Source of the DNA: Blastocystis sp. subtype 4
Taxonomy: Eukaryota
DNA length: 34,464 nucleotides
Direction: 5' to 3'
Assembly (NCBI RefSeq): GCF_000743755.1
Contig: NW_014569459.1
Coordinates: 1-34,464 of the forward strand
The notes beneath the pieces are model-generated. The model worked only from the letters and a program-made list of their open reading frames with translations, was not told the origin of the DNA and made no database searches. A program made the position numbers and the translations under genes. Positions 25,067 through 34,464 of this stretch are shown here, in pieces. Every line of letters starts with the position of its first letter. Within the stretch, counting starts at the first letter, position 1.

Positions 25067-26757
25067 ATGTCTGTTGAATTGCCTGAGTAGGATTTCCTTT
25101 GGTCTGAATGACGTTTTAGTTATTGTAAGGAATTGTTGAAGGCCCTTCCTGAGCCCGCCAACGTTTGGAAGTACATGCTGGCCCTGACTCAGATTCCTCG
25201 TGGATCGAACATGGGAGATGAGATGTGGAGACATCTTAAGGTCCGTGAGTTCCTTCAGAAGAAGGCTGAGGAGCTTGGTTGCGAGACCTATGTGGATCAG
25301 GGTGGTAATCTGATTGTGAGAAAGGCCGCCTATCCTGGTTGCGAGGACAAGCCTACTGTGTGCCTCCAGTGCCATATGGATATGGTCGTCCAGAAGGATG
25401 ATGATGTGGAGATTAACTTCGATACTGATCCTTTGACTCCTCGTATTGTGGATAACAAGTGGCTGATGGCTACTGGAACTTCCCTCGGTGCTGATGATGG
25501 TGCTGGTGTTGCTACTTGCTTCGCCATTCTTGAAGATAAGACCATCAAGCACGGTCCTCTGGAAATTCTGGTCACTCGTGATGAGGAGACTGGTCTTTAC
25601 GGAGCTGCTGGACTTGAGGCTGGAGTCCTGAAGGCTAAGTACATGATCAATGTGGATTCCGAGGAGGAGAACGCTGTGTGCGTTGGTTGCGCTGGAGGTT
25701 ACACCATTCATATGAAGCTTGCTACTCCTCGTGCTCCTCTGAACAATGAGGTGCGCAAGACCATTGTGTTGAACAACTTCCTTGGAGGTCACTCTGGAGT
25801 TGATATTGGTCTGGGTCGTGCTAACTGCATTCATGTGGTTGGCCGTCTGCTGAAGGCTCTTTGCTGCCCTGTGCGTGTGATTAGCATTGAGTGCGGTACT
25901 GCTCACAATGCCATTCCTCGTAAGTGCGTGGTTGAGGTAGCTGTTCCTGCCGATAGAGTGGAGTGCTTCGAGAAGTGCATGAACAAGCACTGGGAGGAGT
26001 TCGCCAAGGAGTACAAGCCTATTGAGGCTGATGCCACCATGACCATTACTGAGGGAACTGGTAGCATGGATCCCATGACTGCTGAGGCTTCTCAGAAGTT
26101 CGTCAACTTCATCAATGTGTATCCTTTCGCTGTGATGAGATACTCTGCTACTGTGAAGGGAGATATTGAGACTTCCACCACTCTGGCTATTGCTAAGTGC
26201 GAGAACCCTGAGACCATTCTGTTCGTTGCTTCTGTGCGTTCCTTCGCTCAGAGCCAGATGGACTGGATGTACAACAGAATCAAGTCAATCTGCGAGATGG
26301 GAGGAGTGGAGCTCTCTGAGAGAATTGGAGCGTAAGTAGTGTGTGATGGTTGAGTGCTAAATCCATTCGTATTTCCACTTGTTGGATATGGGAATCCTAG
26401 TTAGCAAAGAGGAATACGTTATTATATGAGTGACTGTTGATTGATTGACTGCTTACTTACCCATAACGGAATATAACATTATTTAGATATCCTGGATGGG
26501 AGCCTAATATGGAGTCTCCTCTGACTAAGGATGTGGTCGAGGCTTACAAGGTGGTCACTGGAAAGGACCCTCGTGTGTACGCTATTCATGCTGGTCTGGA
26601 GTGTGGTCTGTTCATGGAGAAGTACAAGGATCTGGATTGCACTTCCATTGGACCTACTCTGGAGCATCCTCATAGTCCTCAGGAGCGTCTCCTCATTGAG
26701 ACTGTTCCTCGTTTCTTCAAGGTTGTAGTTTATGCCCTCGAGAAGCTGGCTGCTTAA
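25067..26757 (+). CDS. pepD: Aminoacyl-histidine dipeptidase (peptidase M20C, PepD-like)
   Basis: LQCHMDMV, GTSLGADDGAG, DEETGL, NVDSEE, GGHSGVDI, NAIPR, YPGWEP, IHAGLECG, HPHSPQERL. Introns 25087-25119 (33 nt) and 26332-26486 (155 nt). Confidence 0.95.
26355..26481 (+). ncRNA. Candidate intronic box H/ACA snoRNA
   Basis: Hairpin 1 closed by TGCTAA(26355-60)/TTAGCA(26401-06). H-box-like AGAGGA (ANANNA) at 26408-13. Hairpin 2 closed by CGTTAT(26417-22)/ATAACG(26463-68) with upper stem TGAGTGA/TTACTTA. ACA at 26476-78. Lies in an intron five times longer than typical here. Confidence 0.6.
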
Positions 26758-26771
26758 GTTGTGTGACATAG

Positions 26772-26779
26772 TGTTTGTT
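26772..26779 (+). terminator. TGTTTGTT polyadenylation signal of pepD
   Basis: Exact octamer 14 nt after the TAA stop. Confidence 0.75.
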
Positions 26780-26790
26780 ACAAAGAAGAG

Positions 26791-29700
26791 AATCAGGAAG
26801 AAAGATTCCATAGGAAGCCAAATCCAGCTGTTTGGTGGCAAGAATGAGTTGGTTCACAAAGGGATAAGTAGGAGAGACAATAGAGAGGAATTGTCTATTA
26901 TCATCCACATGGATCAGAGAGGGACACACACAAGTACACAAATTACTGACCGTCATCTTATTGACACTTGAATAGGTCGAGATACGATACCAAAACAAGC
27001 ACAAATAGAGAAGATTAACAGCATTGATTTCAGGGAACTTCTTAACCACATCCAGAACGCTTTTCATATCCTTAGTTTGATTACATTCAATTATAGCAGG
27101 AAGAAAAGAGATTGGGATCATTCCATCATCCTTGAAATTGAAGAGAGAGATGAGAAGTGATGTTAGTTCCTTGTAGCCAACAGTACTGTGTATGCATGAG
27201 TAATCACCCTACACACTAACAAATCACTTGTAATCCTACATTCTTGACTCTTGTTGCATAGTTTGTTACTTGAGCCTTCATACCAGGTTTCCGAAACACT
27301 CCTTCTTCACAAAATGCTTTGATTGAAAGCAGTGTTTCACAAATGTCCACATACGCTCGAATCAAACACTTATTTCGCTTCTTCGGAGTTGAGACTGGTT
27401 CTAGACCTGTTCTGTCAAAACATACAGAGTTCAAGCGATCATCACGTAATTCGATGTACGATAGGAATGATTTATATGTACGGTCTGCAAGAGGAAGGAA
27501 TTGTGGGCATAATGATTGTACATCAGTATATGTATGACACGAATGAATGAGATTCTAGTGGTTACAAAATCAGACCGATTTCTACCAAATCTTGTTGACT
27601 GATTTTCCGTTGATTTTCCCAAATACCTTCAAATTCTTCCTTTCCCCACTCCAGATACAGATCCAGGACATTCAATAGTTCATTTCGTCTCTCACTTGTC
27701 TGCAGTACCAGATCAAAGGAAGATTCGCTCTGTTCCGACACGATGGAAATGCATCGTCCTTGAACACGTTGCTTTTCGTACTCCAGCAATGCTTCAGGAG
27801 GTGAGTCCATGATTCTCTAGTAAGTAACCCTTATTCCACACACTGTACTGTGATCGATGCTAATGGGATCGCCACTACGTTCTCATCTCCGATTGAGAAC
27901 ATCGCCGAATCTAAGAATGGACTGAGCCAGAACTTCCCCAAACGGTACATTCGTGTTGTAGCATGTTTCACGTAAATTGACTCGATTGGCAGAAATAGTG
28001 GCAATTTTGTCTTTGGAGGTTTCGGCAGTCGATGCACACTACAGCCATAAGTATTGGTCTCAGGAAGTAATCCGAAATGAAACATCTCTCGAGCGACAGT
28101 CTCCAAACGATGCAGATTCTCCAAGGAATACGTGTATCCAATCAATTCTCCACAAACAGGAGGAATGCCAGAATACAGTAGAACTTTGAATTGTTCCATT
28201 TCCCGCGGGGTAGGATCATCGGGCAGAAACGCTTCTCGTTGACGAGATCCCACAGCATGAAGGAGAGCCTGAACGAATTTCACCAGAAGTTCACAGTTGA
28301 AATGCATGTAGAAGAGCGACTGCTTGGGACTAATCAGATACGCACAGCTAAGCGCAGTTGGGAGATCTGAAAAGTCACCTGTCACAGACTTACGGAAGAG
28401 TGAACAATTCCAGATGAAACGAATCAGATAGAGAAGTGAGCAACGAGCTGTACTCTCCATAGAGAGAACATATGTGTATATGTCATCATCTGAACCTGTT
28501 TTTGTCAATTCCATTATTCGGGGATATTCTTGTTCTGGAATCAAACCACCTTCTAATGATTGAATCCAATCTTTGAGTAAGGCAAAGAGAATGAGAGGAT
28601 TCTCCTCTCTGTCAAGTGCTTTGTAATCACCCTGTAAATTAGAAGAAGCAAGGATAAAGCCTACATGGAACACGGATTCTTTGAGTTGAGCAGGAGGAGT
28701 AGGTAGATTCTTAAATGGATCCAGAAGGAAGAAGGCATGACGTCGAGTGAGAGCAGTGATGAAGTGTTCGAGAATACGAGGAACTGTATGCTGTGGGCAG
28801 CGATCTAGAATAAGTGAGTAATAGTGAACGGGTAGTGTGAGAGTGAAGATGACAGAGTGTGAATGTGAAGGTGACAGAGTGTGAGTGTAAGAATGAGAAT
28901 GACAGAGTATGAGAGTAACAGTGATAGAGTGTGATAGTGACAGTCACAGAGTGTGACAGTGAAGTCAATAACAATGCTAATCAGTAACAGAATGATAATG
29001 AGTCAATTTACAATACTAATCAGATACACACTTACATTCAAGATTCACATTCATTGGTGATGATGATGATTGAATGGTTCTTTCTTCAATAAATGCTTCT
29101 AAAGACTGTCGTATCATACTCACCACATTCATGACTAATTGATGTATTCCATTCAATTCATTCTCATTCTCAATACGCACCAACTGGTTCTCATCATTAT
29201 TCAGAATCTCAGTCATTACCTTGTTCACCTCATCCATCTTCTCCAACATCGACATGATAAGTCCTTTTCCCATCAATCTATACCAATTCAAAACAACCTT
29301 CACATAGAAACACCAACGATTCCTCTCACATCCTAACTCACATTGTAACACAATCTCACGTCGACTTGTCAGCAAGATTCGCAAACATGGCATTCCAGCA
29401 TCACTTTCCAAGGGATTGATTGACAATACCTCACTCAATTCAAATGAACTCTCACTTGCCTCACCAACACGACTGAAACACAAACGATCAAATGTTATTG
29501 GTAGACGTAAATATCGACTTTTTTGGGAGCGGTTGTTAAACAGACGTCGTGAAAAAAGTGCACCACGAAGCAATGTAGTTGTAACAGTACGGGCAGTTTC
29601 ATCTGTATTGTACCAATCCATCAACACGGGAGTTTCATCAGAACCGAAATCATTTCGTTTTGAAGTAAGAAGATTGTAATGATTGAGTAAAGAAGCTGCA

Positions 29701-31491
29701 TATTCCAAACGTAACACGTTTTGCAAGGAACAATTGAAGATTGACAATTGAATCGTCTCAGAGTAAGCTTTGTCTAATTGCACTTGGGAAAGAGGAAACT
29801 GTGATTCTTGACGAAGAATCAGTTTCAACGCGGCAAATATGATACCTGACATCTAAATATCAAAAAACAGGACGATTTTAGTTACTTGAATCTCATTAGA
29901 GTATAATGCAGATTTGATGTACCAGAGAACATAAGAGAACAAATTGCTTGAAGGTAACACGATAGAGAGTAGATAGCAGAGTAACTCCCATCCTCGTTTT
30001 TCACTACTCTGTTGCATATTTGCTGTTGTTTGCTTCATTAGAAAGCAGAAAGACTCATCAGCAATAGCCTGATTCGATGTGACAGCGTCCGTGATGAGAT
30101 CGAGGATTAGAGCTGGATTGCCTTCAATAGGAAGATCCCTCATGTACATCATAATCCGCTTCTCTACAGATAGAGCTGTGATGGTATCAGCTTCTGGGAG
30201 AGGAATGAGAGTGGTGATGGGAGCTCGTGGTGAAAAGTTCATTAACTCGATGTCAGACTGCTTTGTACGACGATCACGCACAAAATACATTGCAGCATAC
30301 TGAGCAAAAGAGAAATTCGGAGTCGAAGATGAACTCTCAATGTGCTTGTAGATGCTATCATTAGGAAGAATATTCAAGAAAGGACGATGAATATGAAGAG
30401 GATTTGTAGAATTATAGTCAGCGTAACTTGTCAACTATCAATCAATCAATCTGTCAACATTTACTGAAGATGGCAATCCTTTGACATCACCAGGAAGAGA
30501 ATCATCTATTTCTTATTCAAATAGAATCTTATACGAATTAACGACATATTCTCCGTTCCAGTCTCACTGAAGTAAATCATCGAGATCTCCCGCTTCTATT
30601 TGTTATGGATCATTTGGTAGGTTACTTGAAGGACTCCATATTCTTCAAGATATCGTGCATAGAGATTCACTCCATCCTCAATGTCTGACAGAATCGACAA
30701 ATGATCGGACAATGGAATATGATATCTTCGACGAACAGATTCGAGAGCCATAATATCTTCTTTCGAAGCCACCTCTTTCTGAAGAACAGATTCCATGAAA
30801 GATCGGTAGAATACATGAATCATATTCTCTGTTGAGAATGCTTTATATCAAGGAAATAACAAAAAAACAACAAGAATCCGACGTACGAGATTGAATACGA
30901 AGCGGCGTATGCATACCATAACTACCCGATCTACCTCGTTACATATAATTGATTGAACAATACCGTATCGATTCCGCTGAGATCCTATCGATAATACCGT
31001 TGACAATTTCATACCTTCCTGAATGATGAAGGGACCGAGACCCTCCGGTATCTCGTCGAAAGTTACGCTGATTCTCCAAGTTCTGAAACAGAGTTGCTGT
31101 CGATGGCTGTCGCTTTACAGTTACTGGTAGAATTGGGACGATGCAGTTGCTTGGGAAAAACCCCTTTATATTGGAAGTATTGATACCTGCAGCCCATCCA
31201 CTTTCATACTGCCGCAACACATGAACGATGTCATTCACTTCCAGAGAAAGCTGACCATCATTCTTCTTCTCGTATCTCAAAATAACTCTAGCAAACTGGA
31301 ACATCATTCCGAACACACAAGAATACGTAATTACAAATAGGAGCATTTAACGACTGCTCTGAGTCGGTTGATATATTATCCTTTACTCCCATAGGAACGG
31401 ACCACTGTGCTTCATGAGTGATCCTATTAAAGTAATACACTCTCCCAGTTGTTGGATCGTTGCACTTCACAAGAGATGTAGAATTACTCAT
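26791..31491 (-). CDS. WW-SH3-MyTH4-PH protein with two RhoGAP-like domains (ARHGAP39-like); stop probably polyadenylation-created at 26791
   Basis: WW (DPTTGRVYYFNRITHEAQW), SH3 (QLSLEVNDIV...SGW...GFFPSNC), MyTH4 (DESFCFLMKQTT...RGWELL), PH-like (ERNRW), RhoGAP-like 1 (VPRILEHF...LLKDWIQSL), RhoGAP 2 (EEGVFRKPG...NKMTVSNL). A 231-nt intron at 29035-28805 joins the two halves in frame. Confidence 0.8.
28835..28965. repeat. Degenerate ~22-nt minisatellite (core GACAGAGTGTGA) inside the long RhoGAP intron
   Basis: Units gacagagtgtga, gacagagtgtga, gacagagtatga, gatagagtgtga and cacagagtgtga recur at 22-28-nt spacing. Confidence 0.7.
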
Positions 31492-31575
31492 CAATTATGT
31501 AATATAACATAGATCCAAGATACAACGGTTTCTTGGAATTCCTGATATCGTCAGTTATCCCATTCTTCTTCAAGA

Positions 31576-32794
31576 ATGCCGAAATTGAGAAATAAACATA
31601 TGAAAACTATTCGAAAGAAGATGAATACGAAGAATGGGAGGAAACGAAACAAACGAGGTTATACAGAGAATCAATGTATATTCGATCCTGTGGATATGAT
31701 GTAGATCATTTTGACGGATCTCTCTGTAGTGGTTATTGTCACTGTTCCATACTCCATTCCATTTTTACAGATAGTATTGACCCAAGAAGGATACGGGTAT
31801 TCCTGGCTAGTTACACATGAAGATGGAAAACAATTTGGAGATTGTGGAGAACTGTTCGCGATTCTTCAAGTATTATGCAACTCCAAAGCATTTATTGAGT
31901 TTCTATGTACCTTCCGTCATTATGCATATGCTGCTAATCTATCCAAGAAATCCTATTTCCTTCTCGTGTTTAGTTCCTTCCTTCGCGGTGAATTGCAGCG
32001 ATTCAACATAATCTTTAGATATTGCATTTGCATCTCGAGTTGTTCCATCATCTGTAGAAGCGACTCGATTCATTACCTATTGCTGTAAGTGGATTCCTGA
32101 GTTACGAGGTCACCTCAATCTTCCATCGTTTCTCTCCTGCTATATGAAAAAACTCGAGAAGGAATTAGCTGCTGTTAACGAATATCTGTTCCGAATGTGG
32201 GCTGGGAGATCCATCGACAAGTCGTCTGAACCCTTCAATATTTGTAGAAGATCCTTCACTTTCTGAATCCTAGTAACAAATCCATTGTGTTGTATTGCCA
32301 GTATCTCCGATGCTACCAATCTTCATCAATACTCTCTTTATTCGATTCCACTTCCCATCTGTACGGTAGATAAAACTCTTACTCTCAATCAGACACTTGT
32401 GCCACTAAGTGTTCCATATTTGTCCATTGAACAGGGATTACGAATGATCGACTATCCCATCTCATCCTTCGGGAGATGTCTGATTCTTCGATGTGAGTCT
32501 GATGAACGGAATTATTCCATTCCGCCGTTCTTCTCTCTTCAATCTACTTCAGACAATATGAAAGTGGTATTGTACTCGATTCGGACAGTAGTGTGTCGAG
32601 AAAAGGATACAGTAGTAGTCTATAAACGGTTGTTCCATCCTATGTGGAAGAAGAGTCAATCAAGGCGAATCTATGATGTCCATTCCATTGGTCAATGGGT
32701 TCGGCAAGAAGCAGATTCTATTCAAGAAGTCTCGTGGAGGCAGGTACAACGTCTTTGTCCTTTAGCAATCCATTATGAGAAGATTGAGCATTGA
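31576..32794 (+). CDS. Hypothetical protein with a basic N-terminus and a degenerate USP-like C-terminal fold
   Basis: MPKLRNKHMKTIRKK...RKRNKR start, several ~30-nt introns, and YSIRTVVC...GQWVRQEADSIQEVSW...PLAIHY, similar to the USP His-box region but without the catalytic His. TGA at 32792-94, TGTTTGTT at 32797-32804. Confidence 0.5.
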
Positions 32795-32887
32795 ATTGTT
32801 TGTTTGATAAAAACGTGACGATTTTTGTCATCAAGCAAAAGAAGCAGAACGAAGGATTTTGTGTCGCTTTGACTGATTTTCTGATTG

Positions 32888-33474
32888 ATGCCTGTATGAA
32901 TTTGGATTTGAATTATTGATATTAAGTATCTTGATAATTACAAGGTTGTTCGCGGAATTCTCATTCTGGATGAAGAAGGGAATGCTATTGTGAAGAAGTA
33001 TTATACAAATGACTTTCCAACAGCTGAATCACAGACGGCTTTTGAACAGCAAGTCTTCAAGAAGTTTAAGCCTGGAAATTCCAAGGAAGACAGTACTGTG
33101 TTGATTTCAATGGATTAATGGTGTAGCAAGTATTGGAATCTTAGATCGCTATGTAGTTGTTGGAAAAGGAGGGAATGACTGTTCAATCTTCTTTTATGGC
33201 TCAGAGAATGAGAATGAAATGATTCTAATATCAGCAATGGATGGTTTCTTTGAAGCCTTGAAGCTTTTGCTAAAGTAGGTACTTTATCAACAAATAATGA
33301 ACAGAGATAAACTGGAGCGTAATGAAATCTTGAAGAAAATGCCTTCTATGTTCTTGCTGATGGATGAACTATGTGACGCAGGGTTTTGTATAGTGAATTG
33401 GCTTTGATGAAATAGAGTGTTGAAGGAAATTGACGCTGGTATCTTAATACGTAATGTGGAAATGCGAATGAAAT
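32888..33474 (+). CDS. COPZ1: Coatomer subunit zeta; no genomic stop at the expected end
   Basis: Spliced translation MPYLDNYKVVRGILILDEEGNAIVKKYY...QTAFEQQVFKK...GSENENEMIL...FLLMDELCDAGVLKEID...NVEMRMK. Introns 32894-32926, 33093-33126, 33275-33304 and 33383-33415. Confidence 0.92.
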
Positions 33475-33515
33475 TGTGTGTTTTTTTACAAACAGCAGTT
33501 TTGGGATGTATCCTA

Positions 33516-34012
33516 TTACATAGGAACATAAATCCTCATGCAGAGAATCTCCTCACCATCCTGGTCATACATCTGACACTCAATGGAGTAGGTTCCCATT
33601 GGAGGCTTGATGTTAAAGATAGCCTTCTCAACAACGCTGACCTTTCCAGGTTCTTGAGGACAATTAAGACCGTTAATGTAGATGTTTCCGCTATTCAGAG
33701 GAAGATTGATGGTAGAATCCTCGCAAAGACTTCCCTTCTCTTCGACCATCTGCACACCCATGTAAGAGGCAGTAAGCTTCCATACAGCACCTTCAGTGAT
33801 AGTCTTGTCAACCTTTCCATATCCGTACACAGTTGTATTCTCCTTAGGAACAACAGGATTATTGATGATCTCCACAGAGTCGAAGTATCCGTGAGCCAAA
33901 GGTCCAGAGCAAAGTTCCCAGGTGATAGGACCAGGAGAAGCGAGAACAACCTAAGTAAAAGTAAGGTTATAAAACCTACAGCAACCACAAAAAGAGCAAA
34001 AATGAACTTCAT
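33516..34012 (-). CDS. Secreted ML-domain (MD-2/NPC2-like) lipid-binding protein
   Basis: Signal peptide MKFIFALFVVAVVLA across a 29-nt intron (33979-33951). WELC...NNPVVP...GSLCE...CPQEPG...PPMGTY...GEEILC matches the ML Cys pattern. TGTTTGTA at 33494-33487. Confidence 0.8.
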
Positions 34013-34434
34013 GAAATAAAAACTGGTGGAGCGAAATGAGGGTAATGTAGAAACGAGATAAGCCAATCAACACTGAGGATCTCCGTTTCCCTTTTTACTC
34101 TAGTCTCAGGAAAGAAGGTGTATTGAAGGTATAGAAGAGTCCTACTAGAATGGAAATGGATCATAGATGTTCCAGAACAGCTCTATTAGTACATATGTCT
34201 TAAGCAACGATTCTCCATTCACACACCTGCACACCCATTCATCATGTATTGAGCATCCCCGAGCAATCTATTTTCAAAAAGCACCTCCATCATGTCCTGC
34301 TGACCTCTGTACACTGTGTATCTCCTATTCTTCTTATCGTTCAATCCTACCTCCTTTCATCCCATACAAGTGTTCCTAACAATCAGGTTGTGAAAACAGC
34401 ATTCCTTCCAACAAACACAATCTTCACAACTTCC

Positions 34435-34464
34435 TTATTCCTCTTCAGCCATAGCAGCCTTCTT
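34435..34464 (-). CDS. 3' end of an unidentified gene (partial; ...KKAAMAEEE*)
   Basis: Open frame from the window end to TAA at 34437-34435, followed by TGTTTGTT at 34417-34410. Confidence 0.5.
   Translation of the reverse strand, partial: KKAAMAEEE

Noticed and set aside
24962..25990. 342-aa antisense ORF opposite pepD
   Set aside because: A shadow of pepD's biased codon usage (few TTA/CTA/TCA codons); no recognisable motifs.
26341..26350. Box C-like GTGATGG suggesting a C/D snoRNA in the pepD intron
   Set aside because: No CTGA box D in the intron; the two-hairpin H/ACA layout fits better.
28835..28965. CRISPR-like array
   Set aside because: Repeats are short and degenerate with no unique spacers or cas genes, in a eukaryotic intron.
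28711..28974. His/Ser/Thr-rich 87-aa ORF
   Set aside because: Translation of the intronic minisatellite; the RhoGAP frame is restored by the 29035-28805 intron.
33475..34019. 200-aa + strand ORF as a real gene or zeta-COP extension
   Set aside because: Antisense to the ML gene; better explained by a poly(A)-created stop at 33474.
34060..34400. Possible small gene between the ML gene and the last partial gene
   Set aside because: No convincing spliced reading frame or motif could be assembled by hand.
1..34464. Pseudogenes, frameshifts or an alternative genetic code suggested by the fragmented ORF track
   Set aside because: Every break examined is resolved by a ~30-nt GT-AG intron under the standard code.

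Overview
Eukaryotic, extremely gene-dense genomic DNA with many tiny GT-AG introns (mostly 28-34 nt) and a TGTTTGTT-like octamer just downstream of most gene ends. That combination matches the gut stramenopile Blastocystis (inference from gene structure; no database check). Manual splicing recovers about 17 complete genes and 2 partial gene ends: Trf4/PAPD5-type poly(A) polymerase, secreted GH95-like glycosidase, two hypothetical proteins, two degenerate USP-like proteins, XPF/ERCC4, RNF4/Slx8-like RING ligase, RagC/D, a PPR-like protein, an ankyrin-RCC1 protein, XRN1, PepD-like dipeptidase, a WW-SH3-MyTH4-PH-double RhoGAP protein, zeta-COP and an ML-domain protein. Most notable: (1) zeta-COP, RagC/D and the RhoGAP appear to lack a usable genomic stop and have an in-frame T exactly 5 nt before the octamer, so polyadenylation would create UAA (a known Blastocystis mechanism). 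(2) An unusually long 155-nt intron in pepD folds as a candidate box H/ACA snoRNA. (3) The GH95-like and PepD genes look bacterial and are lateral-transfer candidates. Intron and exon coordinates were derived by hand and may be off by a few nt.
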